From Gemmatimonadales bacterium (GTDB taxonomy: Bacteria; Gemmatimonadota; Gemmatimonadetes; Gemmatimonadales; GWC2-71-9), in assembly GCA_036506575.1 (NCBI GenBank), contig DASXRM010000030.1:1-40889 (forward strand): a stretch of DNA of 40,889 nucleotides, in the 5' to 3' direction. The translations under genes were made by a program, and so were the position numbers. Of this stretch, positions 26,879 to 33,505 are shown piece by piece. The notes beneath the pieces are model-generated. The model did not search any database, had not been told where the DNA came from, and saw nothing but the letters and a program-made list of their open reading frames with translations. Each line of letters begins with the position of its first letter. Position 1 is the first letter of the stretch.

Positions 26879-26990
26879 GGCTATGGGCTATTGGCTATGG
26901 GCTGTTGCGCAAAGTCGACCAGCTCGCCCTGTCGCTCACAGCTTAATTCCAAGACAGCATAGCCCATAGCGCATAGCTCATAGCCAACTA
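26879..26990. repeat. Inverted short-tandem-repeat hairpin module B (7-nt units)
   Basis: Left array: CTATGGG, CTATTGG, CTATGGG, CTGTTGC (26881-26908). Right array: AGCATAG, CCCATAG, CGCATAG, CTCATAG, CCAACTA (26956-26990), the reverse complement of CTATG-core units. The centre is ~47 nt. The right array abuts the GGAGG (26991-26995) RBS of the next gene. Confidence 0.9.
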
Positions 26991-27000
26991 GGAGGCAACG

Positions 27001-27363
27001 ATGCCCGCAACCAAAGAACGTACCTACAACGACACTGAAATCAACGAGCGGCTGAAGGAGCTGCCCGGCTGGTACTACGAGGATGGCTGGATTCGCCGAG
27101 TCTACAAGACCGACGGGTGGCCCACGACGTTGATGCTGGTCAATGCCCTCGGCTATCTCGCCGAGGCCGCCTATCACCACCCCGACCTGACCGTCACCTG
27201 GGGACGCATCATCGTCAAGCTCCAGAACCACGCGGCGGGCGGGATAACCGACAAGGACTTCGAGCTGGCTCGAAAGATCGAGGAGGTCGTCCTCTGGCGG
27301 CCTCAGGGTGGTGCGCTCGAGGGCACCCCGAACAAGTGGGTTCGGCCGGGGGATCCGCGGTAG
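27001..27363 (+). CDS. Pterin-4-alpha-carbinolamine dehydratase (PCD/DCoH family)
   Basis: 'ELPGWYYEDGWIRRVYKTDGWPTTLMLVNALGYLAEAAYHHPDLTVTWGRIIVKLQNH' is the canonical PCD core (HHPD...). AGGAGG RBS. Confidence 0.88.
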   Translation: MPATKERTYNDTEINERLKELPGWYYEDGWIRRVYKTDGWPTTLMLVNALGYLAEAAYHHPDLTVTWGRIIVKLQNHAAGGITDKDFELARKIEEVVLWRPQGGALEGTPNKWVRPGDPR

Positions 27364-27366
27364 AAA

Positions 27367-27503
27367 GGCGGACAGGCGGACCGGCGGACCGGACTTAACC
27401 GCGGATCCAATGTCGATCGAATCTGAGTTTCCCAACCGGCCCTCGGTCCGTACGTCTGAATCTTCCGCTCGTCCGTCCGCCGGTCCGCCCGTCCGCCGGG
27501 TCC
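27367..27503. repeat. Inverted short-tandem-repeat hairpin module C (8-nt units)
   Basis: Left array: GGCGGACA, GGCGGACC, GGCGGACC, GGAC (27367-27394). Right array: GTCC, GTCCGCCG, GTCCGCCC, GTCCGCCG, GGTCC (27471-27503). The centre is ~76 nt and contains ATG 27410 of the next gene. Confidence 0.9.
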
Positions 27504-28948
27504 TCTTCGTCACCGGCACTCTCGCCGAGCCGGCCCTTCGGCGGGTATTGGCGGAGATGCAACCGACCTTCGAGTCCAGGGTAGCGGTCCTCAGGATCAC
27601 CGTGGCCGCGTTGATGACCACGCCTTGGATAGCTCGACATCTCGAAGTCCCCTCCGACATCGACTTGGTGCTCATCCCCGGCCTCTGTGAAGGGGATCCA
27701 ACCATTCTGAAGGAGCGGTTTGGGGTGCCGGCGGAGAAGGGTCCCAAAGATCTCCGCGAGATCCCGCGCTACTTCGGCCAGGCTCAGGCGGCGCTGGATT
27801 ATGGCCGTTACTCCATCGAGATCCTGGCCGAGATCAACAACGCGCCGAAGCTTTCGCCTGGCGAGGTTCGGGCCGCCGCGGACTATTTGCGGGCGAGCGG
27901 CGCCGACCTGATCGATGTCGGCTGCACTCCAGGTTTCCCCTTTCCCGAGTTGGGTAACCTGGTGAGCGAGTTGCGCGGTGCCGGCGTGCGGGTCAGCATC
28001 GACAGCTTCGACCGGGCCGAGATCCGCTCGGCGGTCGCAGCCGGTGCCGAGCTGGTGTTGAGTGTGAACCGATCCAACCTTGAGGTAGCGCGGGAGTTCG
28101 GGGGCACCGGCACGCGGGTCGTGGTGATCCCTGATCACGGCGAGGGCATCGACACTCTCGACCGTAGCATCGCTGCCCTGGAACGCTGGAACGTACGCTA
28201 CCTCATCGATCCGGTCATCGAGCCGATCGGGTTCGGCTTCATGGCCTCGCTGGAGCGGTACGCCGAGATCCATCGCCGGTACCCGACGTCCGCTCAACTC
28301 ATGGGGGTCGGAAATATCACCGAGCTCACCAGCGCCGATTCGACCGGGGTCAACGCCGTCCTGTTGGCCATCTGCGAGGAGGTGGGTGTCCGCGCCGTGC
28401 TGACGACGGAGGTGATTCCGTGGGCGCGCGGTGCGGTCCGGGAGATCGATGTCGCCCGCCGGTTGATGCACTACGCCGTGACCAACCGGACGGTGCCCAA
28501 GGGGGTGGATGACCGGCTCCTCACCGTGAAGGACCCGGTCATTCTGGAGTACGATGAAAGCGAGTTGCGCGAGCTCCAGGCGGCGGTGCGGGATCCGAAT
28601 TTTCGTATCTTCACCGACCGGCAGACCATCACCGTGTTCAACAACGAGATCTTCGTCCGTGGCACCGATATCCAGGTCATCTTCTCGCAGCTCGGCGTCG
28701 ACGAACCCACCCATGCGTTCTATCTGGGCCGCGAGCTCATGAAGGCCAAGCTGGCCATTACTCTCGGTAAGACTTATCGGCAGGAAGGCGCTCTCAGCTG
28801 GGGGTACCTCACGCCGCCCGACGACGTCAAGTCTGAGCATGTAAAGCTGACCCAGCGGTCGCGGAAGAGGCGGGATAGCGAGTCAGCGGGGAAGCAGGGA
28901 AGCGGGGCCGGCAAGCGCCAACGGGGCGGCGGGGCAGCAGAGGGGTGA
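27410..28948 (+). CDS. Dihydropteroate-synthase-related protein of H4MPT biosynthesis islands
   Basis: N-terminal 'VLFVTGTLAEPALRRVL'. The pterin-binding-barrel-like region has 'GADLIDVGCTPG', 'VSIDSF', 'LVLSVN' and 'MGVGNITELT'. ATG 27410 is the only canonical in-frame start I found (codon scan by eye) between the module's left arm and that conserved segment; track start 27308 overlaps pcd. Basic low-complexity C-tail. Confidence 0.75.
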   Translation: MSIESEFPNRPSVRTSESSARPSAGPPVRRVLFVTGTLAEPALRRVLAEMQPTFESRVAVLRITVAALMTTPWIARHLEVPSDIDLVLIPGLCEGDPTILKERFGVPAEKGPKDLREIPRYFGQAQAALDYGRYSIEILAEINNAPKLSPGEVRAAADYLRASGADLIDVGCTPGFPFPELGNLVSELRGAGVRVSIDSFDRAEIRSAVAAGAELVLSVNRSNLEVAREFGGTGTRVVVIPDHGEGIDTLDRSIAALERWNVRYLIDPVIEPIGFGFMASLERYAEIHRRYPTSAQLMGVGNITELTSADSTGVNAVLLAICEEVGVRAVLTTEVIPWARGAVREIDVARRLMHYAVTNRTVPKGVDDRLLTVKDPVILEYDESELRELQAAVRDPNFRIFTDRQTITVFNNEIFVRGTDIQVIFSQLGVDEPTHAFYLGRELMKAKLAITLGKTYRQEGALSWGYLTPPDDVKSEHVKLTQRSRKRRDSESAGKQGSGAGKRQRGGGAAEG

Positions 28949-30528
28949 ACGAGTACTTCCAGCCGTTGGTTGAGCCGCTCGGACAGACGGCCGAACCGGC
29001 CGATGTGTGCTCCCGGTTCTTGGATCTTCCCTATCTCATTCTTCTCGACAGCGCGGCGATGCATCCGCATCCGAGCCGAAACTCGGCTGCCGGTCTCGCC
29101 GGCGAAGGGCAGGACCTGCAGCAGTACTCTTTTCTGGCAGCCGATCCGGCCTCGGTAGTGCGGAGCAAGGGTACTGCAACCGAGATCCGGCAGAGGGGGC
29201 ACCACGCCTGGACCCCGGTTTCCGGCGATGCATTGAGCGTGGCGCGAGGATTTCTCCCTCGCGAAACCACCCCACCGATCTCCGGCCTGCCTCCCTTTCA
29301 AGGTGGCTTAGCGGGATATATCGGGTACGACTGGGGCGCGGTGCTCGAGCGGCTGCCGCTCCCGCGATACGACGATCTCGCCATTCCCGACGTGATGTTG
29401 GGACTCTATGACTGGGTGATTGCTTGGGACCACCGGATCGGCACCGCTTGGCTGATCTCGACCGGCCTGCCCGAGAGGGGAACCGCCCGAGAGCGGCGCG
29501 CGCGGGAGCGGATGGATCTGGTACGGGAGAGGCTGGGTGGGCGGGGCGGCAGTGGGGCGGGTGCCACCATGACGGCTGGGCCGGGTACCCGCGAAGCGGG
29601 TGGAGGCAGCGCGGCAGCACGGCAGGATGTAATTGCCGCCCCGTCTTATCCAGTCAGCGGGATCGAAGGCGCCCAAGAGATCGATCTCCGCTCGACCTTC
29701 ACCCACCGGGGCTACCTCGATGCCGTCAGCCGGGTGCGGGAATACATCATCGCGGGCGACATCTTTCAGGCCAACCTTTCCCAGCGCTTTCAGACCCGGT
29801 TGCCGGAGCCAGCGTTCGAGCTCTACCGCCGGCTGCGCCGTCGCAATCCGGCGCCGTTCGCGGGGTATCTCGACTTCGGAGAGCTAGCGGTTCTCAGCGC
29901 GTCACCGGAGCGCTTTCTGCGGCTGGATGCGGAGCGTCGCCTCGTCGAGACCCGGCCCATCAAGGGCACCAGGCCCCGCGGCTTGGGACCGATGCACGAT
30001 GCGGCGCTGGGCCGCGCGCTGGCCGAGAGCGAGAAAGACCGGGCGGAGAACGTCATGATCGTCGACCTGCTGCGCAACGATCTCTCGCGGGTGTGCCGGC
30101 CGGGCACAGTCCGGGTTCCCGAGCTCTTCGCGCTCGAACATCATCCGACCGTTCACCACCTCGTGTCTACGGTCCTGGGCGAGCTCGAGCCCGAAGCGGA
30201 TGCGATCGATCTCATCCGTGCCGCCTTTCCCGGCGGCTCCATTACCGGTGCACCGAAAGTACGAGCCATGGAGATCATCGCGGAACTGGAGCCGACCCAG
30301 CGGGGCGTGTACTGCGGGTCGATCGGGTATCTCAGCGTCACCGGGGCGATGGATACCAGCATCGTCATTCGAACCTATCTGGCGCTTCGCGGGGAGCTAT
30401 ACTTTCAGGCCGGAGGAGGCATCGTCGCCGACTCGGATCCCGAGCTGGAGTACCGGGAGACGCTGGATAAGGCGCGCGGGTTGATCGATACGCTTTGTGA
30501 GTCGCGAGTTGCGAGTCGCGAGTCATGA
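28945..30528 (+). CDS. pabB: Aminodeoxychorismate synthase component I (chorismate-binding enzyme)
   Basis: 'IFQANLSQRF', 'SASPERFL', 'IKGTRPRG', 'FPGGSITGAPKVRAMEII', 'RGVYCGSIGY' and 'GGGIVADSDPELEYRET'. pabB rather than trpE is inferred from the pabA/mptG context. GTGA overlap with the upstream gene. The last 10 codons lie in repeat module D. Confidence 0.82.
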   Translation: MNEYFQPLVEPLGQTAEPADVCSRFLDLPYLILLDSAAMHPHPSRNSAAGLAGEGQDLQQYSFLAADPASVVRSKGTATEIRQRGHHAWTPVSGDALSVARGFLPRETTPPISGLPPFQGGLAGYIGYDWGAVLERLPLPRYDDLAIPDVMLGLYDWVIAWDHRIGTAWLISTGLPERGTARERRARERMDLVRERLGGRGGSGAGATMTAGPGTREAGGGSAAARQDVIAAPSYPVSGIEGAQEIDLRSTFTHRGYLDAVSRVREYIIAGDIFQANLSQRFQTRLPEPAFELYRRLRRRNPAPFAGYLDFGELAVLSASPERFLRLDAERRLVETRPIKGTRPRGLGPMHDAALGRALAESEKDRAENVMIVDLLRNDLSRVCRPGTVRVPELFALEHHPTVHHLVSTVLGELEPEADAIDLIRAAFPGGSITGAPKVRAMEIIAELEPTQRGVYCGSIGYLSVTGAMDTSIVIRTYLALRGELYFQAGGGIVADSDPELEYRETLDKARGLIDTLCESRVASRES

Positions 30529-30632
30529 GTCACGAATCATAAGCCACGAGCCAGGATGCTCTCAGTGGAGAACGCAGCCACCTCAGGTCCGCGACTCGCG
30601 ACTCGTAACTCGTGACTCATGACTCATGACTA
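30497..30632. repeat. Inverted short-tandem-repeat hairpin module D (7-nt units, GANTC-rich)
   Basis: Left array has 8 units (30497-30552): GTGAGTC, GCGAGTT, GCGAGTC, GCGAGTC, ATGAGTC, ACGAATC, ATAAGCC, ACGAGCC. Right array has 6 units (30591-30632): GCGACTC, GCGACTC, GTAACTC, GTGACTC, ATGACTC, ATGACTA. The centre is 38 nt. The pabB stop (30526-30528) lies inside unit 5. Confidence 0.9.
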
Positions 30633-30644
30633 CCACCTACTCTG

Positions 30645-31319
30645 ATGATCCTTCTCATCGACAACTACGACTCCTTCGTCTACAACCTCGCTCGCTACGT
30701 GCGGGAGCTGGGGGAAACTCCGCTGGTGCGTCGTCACGATGCCATCTCGGTCGACGAGATCCTCGAGCTGGCCCCGTCTCATATCATCATCTCTCCGGGA
30801 CCTTGCTCGCCCAAGGAAGCCGGGATTTCCACCGAAGTGGTCCGCCGGGCCGGTGCCCGCATCCCCATTCTTGGCGTGTGTCTAGGGCATCAGTGCATCG
30901 GCGCGGCCTATGGAGGGGAGATCGTCCGGGCCGGTCTGCCGATGCACGGGAAGACCTCGCGGATCCATCATTCGGGCGTTGGTCTTTTCGCCGGCGTGCC
31001 GAACCCTTTCATGGCCACGCGATATCATTCGTTGGTGATCGCGCCGGCATCGATCCCGCCTGTGCTTGCCGTGACCGCCACCTCGGAAGACGGTGAGATC
31101 ATGGCGGTCCAGCATTTGGAGCATCCGGTCTCCGGCGTCCAATTTCATCCCGAGTCGGTTCTGACCGAGCATGGGTATCGCATCCTCGACCATTTTCTCC
31201 ACGGTGTGCCGGCATCCCCCCGGGTAGTGCCTCAGGCCGCGGACGGCGCACTGGTGACCGTCCGTCCCGAGACGAACACTCTGGCGTCCGCGCCTCCGCC
31301 GGTCGACCTGGTTCGGTGA
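30645..31319 (+). CDS. pabA: Aminodeoxychorismate/anthranilate synthase component II (class-I glutamine amidotransferase)
   Basis: 'MILLIDNYDSFVYNL', 'IIISPGPCSP', 'ILGVCLGHQCIG' (nucleophile Cys) and 'GVQFHPES'. Confidence 0.9.
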   Translation: MILLIDNYDSFVYNLARYVRELGETPLVRRHDAISVDEILELAPSHIIISPGPCSPKEAGISTEVVRRAGARIPILGVCLGHQCIGAAYGGEIVRAGLPMHGKTSRIHHSGVGLFAGVPNPFMATRYHSLVIAPASIPPVLAVTATSEDGEIMAVQHLEHPVSGVQFHPESVLTEHGYRILDHFLHGVPASPRVVPQAADGALVTVRPETNTLASAPPPVDLVR

Positions 31320-31861
31320 TTCTCGAGACGATCGTCACGACCCTCGACTCGCGAGGCGCCATCAACTTCGCGCCGATGGGAGTGGAATGGGGCGATGAGA
31401 CGATCGTCCTCAAGCCTTTTCTCGAGACCACCACCTTCCGCAACGTGAGCGACACCGGTGCAGCCGTGGTAAACCTGACCGACGACGCGATGCTGTTCGC
31501 CCAGGGCGCGATCTCGAGCCCGCAGTTCCCCTCGGTTCCCGCCAGCGTGGTTCGGGGCGTGGTGCTCGAGGCCGCCTGCTCCTGGCGGGAGCTCGAAGTG
31601 CTGGCCATCGACGCTACGCCACCCCGGTCCCGCATCGAGACCCGGGTGGTTCACCGGGGCATGCGGCGCGAGTTCATCGGATTCAATCGCGCGCGTAATG
31701 CGGTCCTCGAGGCTGCCATTCTCGCCACCCGAACTCATCTACTTCCGGCCGACCAGATTCGTGAGGAGTACGCGCGACTCCAGATCGTGGTAGACAAGAC
31801 TGCCGGGCCGCGGGAGCGGGAAGCGATGGAGCTCCTGACCCGGTATGTCCACTCCCGCTAG
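31316..31861 (+). CDS. DUF447-family protein (FMN-binding split-barrel-like) of H4MPT islands
   Basis: 'ILETIVTTLDSRGAINFAPMGV' N-terminus and ~180 aa length. GTGA overlap with pabA and a 17-nt overlap with mptG. Confidence 0.65.
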   Translation: MILETIVTTLDSRGAINFAPMGVEWGDETIVLKPFLETTTFRNVSDTGAAVVNLTDDAMLFAQGAISSPQFPSVPASVVRGVVLEAACSWRELEVLAIDATPPRSRIETRVVHRGMRREFIGFNRARNAVLEAAILATRTHLLPADQIREEYARLQIVVDKTAGPREREAMELLTRYVHSR

Positions 31862-32819
31862 CGTCCTCGTCGAGGCCCCTGCCCGCCTCCACTTCGGGAT
31901 CCTCGATCTGCGGGGCCGGCTGGGCCGCTGTTTTGGCGGCCTGGGAGCGGCGGTTCCCTGCCCCTCGCTCCTGATCGAGGCGGCCCCGGCGGACCGGGTT
32001 TCCGCCGAAGGACCCGATGCCGACCGGGCGATCGAATTCGCCGGCCGGTTTCTGGCTTATCACCGGCTCTCCGCCGGCGTGCACGTCATCGTTCATCGGG
32101 CGATCCCGAGCCACTCGGGTTTGGGATCCGGAACCCAGCTCGCATTGGCCGTGGCCCGAGGCCTGGCCGAGCTGCACGGGCTCCCGACTGACGCGGTGGA
32201 GCTGGCGCGCTCGACGGGCCGGGGCAAACGCTCGGCGATAGGCACTTGGACCTTCGCCCTGGGCGGCTTCGTCGTGGAGGGTGGCCGGCGCCCGGGATCC
32301 GAGAAGATCGCGCCGCTCCTGGCTCGGTTTCCGATTCCACCATCGTGGCGCTGTGTCGTCGCCGTGCCCTCCGACGGCCGGGGCCTGAGCGGTGACGCAG
32401 AGGCCCGAGCATTCGACCAGCTCCCGTCCCCACCCGACGAGGAGGTCGAGCGAGTCTCTCATCTGGTGCTCATGCAGCTGCTCCCGGCGCTGGTGGAGGA
32501 GGACCTGCCGAGCTTCGGAGACGCGTTATCCGCGGTGCAGCGGATTACCGGCGCCTGGTTCGCGGCTCAACAGGGCGGCACCTTCGCGCCTGGTCCGACT
32601 GAGCAGCTGGTGGCTGATATGGCCAGGTGGGGCGCCGCCGGCGTGGGCCAGAGCTCCTGGGGTCCAGCCGCGTACGGGCTGGTGGAAAGCGAATCTGCGG
32701 CCGGTGCACTGGCCCGGCGAGTCGAGCGGGTGCTGGGCTCCAGAGGCCAGGTGTTTCAGGGGGGATTTGCCGCTCAGGGAGCCCGGGTTTGGAGCGCTCA
32801 GACAGCCTCCCCACGCTGA
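31845..32819 (+). CDS. mptG: Beta-ribofuranosylaminobenzene 5'-phosphate synthase (GHMP-kinase fold)
   Basis: 'VEAPARLHFGILDL' and 'AIPSHSGLGSGTQLALAVA' (GHMP motif). It sits directly downstream of the pABA synthesis genes that make its substrate. Confidence 0.82.
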   Translation: MSTPASVLVEAPARLHFGILDLRGRLGRCFGGLGAAVPCPSLLIEAAPADRVSAEGPDADRAIEFAGRFLAYHRLSAGVHVIVHRAIPSHSGLGSGTQLALAVARGLAELHGLPTDAVELARSTGRGKRSAIGTWTFALGGFVVEGGRRPGSEKIAPLLARFPIPPSWRCVVAVPSDGRGLSGDAEARAFDQLPSPPDEEVERVSHLVLMQLLPALVEEDLPSFGDALSAVQRITGAWFAAQQGGTFAPGPTEQLVADMARWGAAGVGQSSWGPAAYGLVESESAAGALARRVERVLGSRGQVFQGGFAAQGARVWSAQTASPR

Positions 32820-32848
32820 TTGACAGTTCATTTTTCAGGGTGTATACT
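32820..32848 (+). promoter_or_regulatory. Near-consensus sigma70 promoter immediately after the mptG stop
   Basis: TTGACA (32820-32825), 17 nt spacer, TATACT (32843-32848). It lies ~655 nt upstream of the xoxF ATG. Confidence 0.55.
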
Positions 32849-33505
32849 GCCCGTCTAAGCCTTCCGTAATCGGCCACTTGGCAGGCCTCGAGAAGGGCTC
32901 GGCCGGGCCTCTCGCGTTGACCTGCCCCCTGCGGCGAGGACCGGAGAACGCTGCGGCGGCATCACCATACGAGGGCATGCTGCCTCCCCAACGGTAGTTT
33001 TTTACTGGCACACAAAGGGTTCGGCGGCGCCCCTGAGGAATGTGATGGGCTTGTTCCGGTTCGCTGGAATCGTCTCTTCGATGCTCAATCCGCTGTGGGT
33101 CGGCGGAGCTGGGAGCCGTTGGCAGGAAGTCCTGTGGCGGCGCCATGTCTCCTCGATGCGCCAGTGCAAGTCTCTCGAAGTTCCTTCCCTGCTCGCTCCC
33201 CAGTCCCTGTTTCCAACTCGCGCGATCAACTCCCAAGCTTCGGATCGCGCTTCCCAATCCATCCAGCGGGCCTCCTTCACTCGTAGACGTACCGGGACCG
33301 CAAGCACGCTCCGCCGGTGGATGCTCCCGACAGTCGAGCGCGGGCCTCCGGTCCCCAGCGGCGTTTGAACCTCGGTCCTGTAGTCCTGGCCCGAGCCGGC
33401 TCTCGTGGTAGACGAGCCCCGTTCGCCACCAGATCTCTAGTAACCGCAGAGCGTAACACGGAATGGAAGTCAGTAGGAGAATCACCCTTTTCCCTGAGGT
33501 CAGTT

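Noticed and set aside
27395-28840. Long antisense or off-frame ORFs: 27395..28840 (-, 481 aa), 33599..34900 (-, 433 aa), 13897..15159 (-, 420 aa), 37096..38247 (-, 383 aa), 29424..30470 (+, 348 aa), 2200..3147 (+, 315 aa) and many shorter ones
   Set aside because: They have the Arg/Pro/Gly/Ala-rich, low-complexity translations typical of shadow frames in high-GC DNA. Each overlaps a gene on the other strand or frame that has clear family motifs (DHPS-like, xoxF, fhcD/fhcC, pentapeptide protein, pabB, helicase).
30497-30632. GANTC methylation as the general explanation for all four repeat modules
   Set aside because: Only module D has a GANTC core. Modules A-C use unrelated cores (GCGGAA, CTATG, GGCGGAC), so methylation-site clustering cannot explain the family.
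32855-33003. Known structured RNA (SRP/4.5S RNA, cobalamin or other riboswitch, 6S, RNase P) downstream of the strong promoter
   Set aside because: 'GGACCGGAGAACGCUGCGG' only superficially resembles the SRP helix-8 'GGUCCGGAAGGAAGCAGCC'. 'GGCCACTTGG' is not the B12 box. No RNase P or tmRNA signature strings are present. I cannot assign any Rfam family by eye, so it is reported as an unexplained region only.
33005-33020. Sigma54 promoter (TGGCAC at 33005-33010) upstream of xoxF
   Set aside because: The -12 element is missing: TGGCAC-acaaa is followed by GGGT, not TTGC.
33002-33368. Calling the plus-strand 107/108-aa ORF (33042/33045..33368) or the minus-strand 86-aa ORF (33002..33262) as CDS features
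   Set aside because: They are mutually antisense. By eye both have lower third-position GC than neighbouring genes, with many rare-looking codons (AGA, AGG, CGA, GGA). Their sequences are odd, W/R/S-rich and match no recognisable family. Kept only as a question in the findings.
33317-33505. Longer N-terminal extensions offered by the ORF track: xoxF from 33317, propeller from 38084, JAMM-2 from 39674, PTPS from 18898, fhcB from 10895, DHPS-like from 27308, fae from 7221
   Set aside because: The extensions are Arg/Pro-rich, overlap upstream genes or repeat modules, and lie ahead of internal starts that have SD sequences, signal peptides or family-consistent N-termini.
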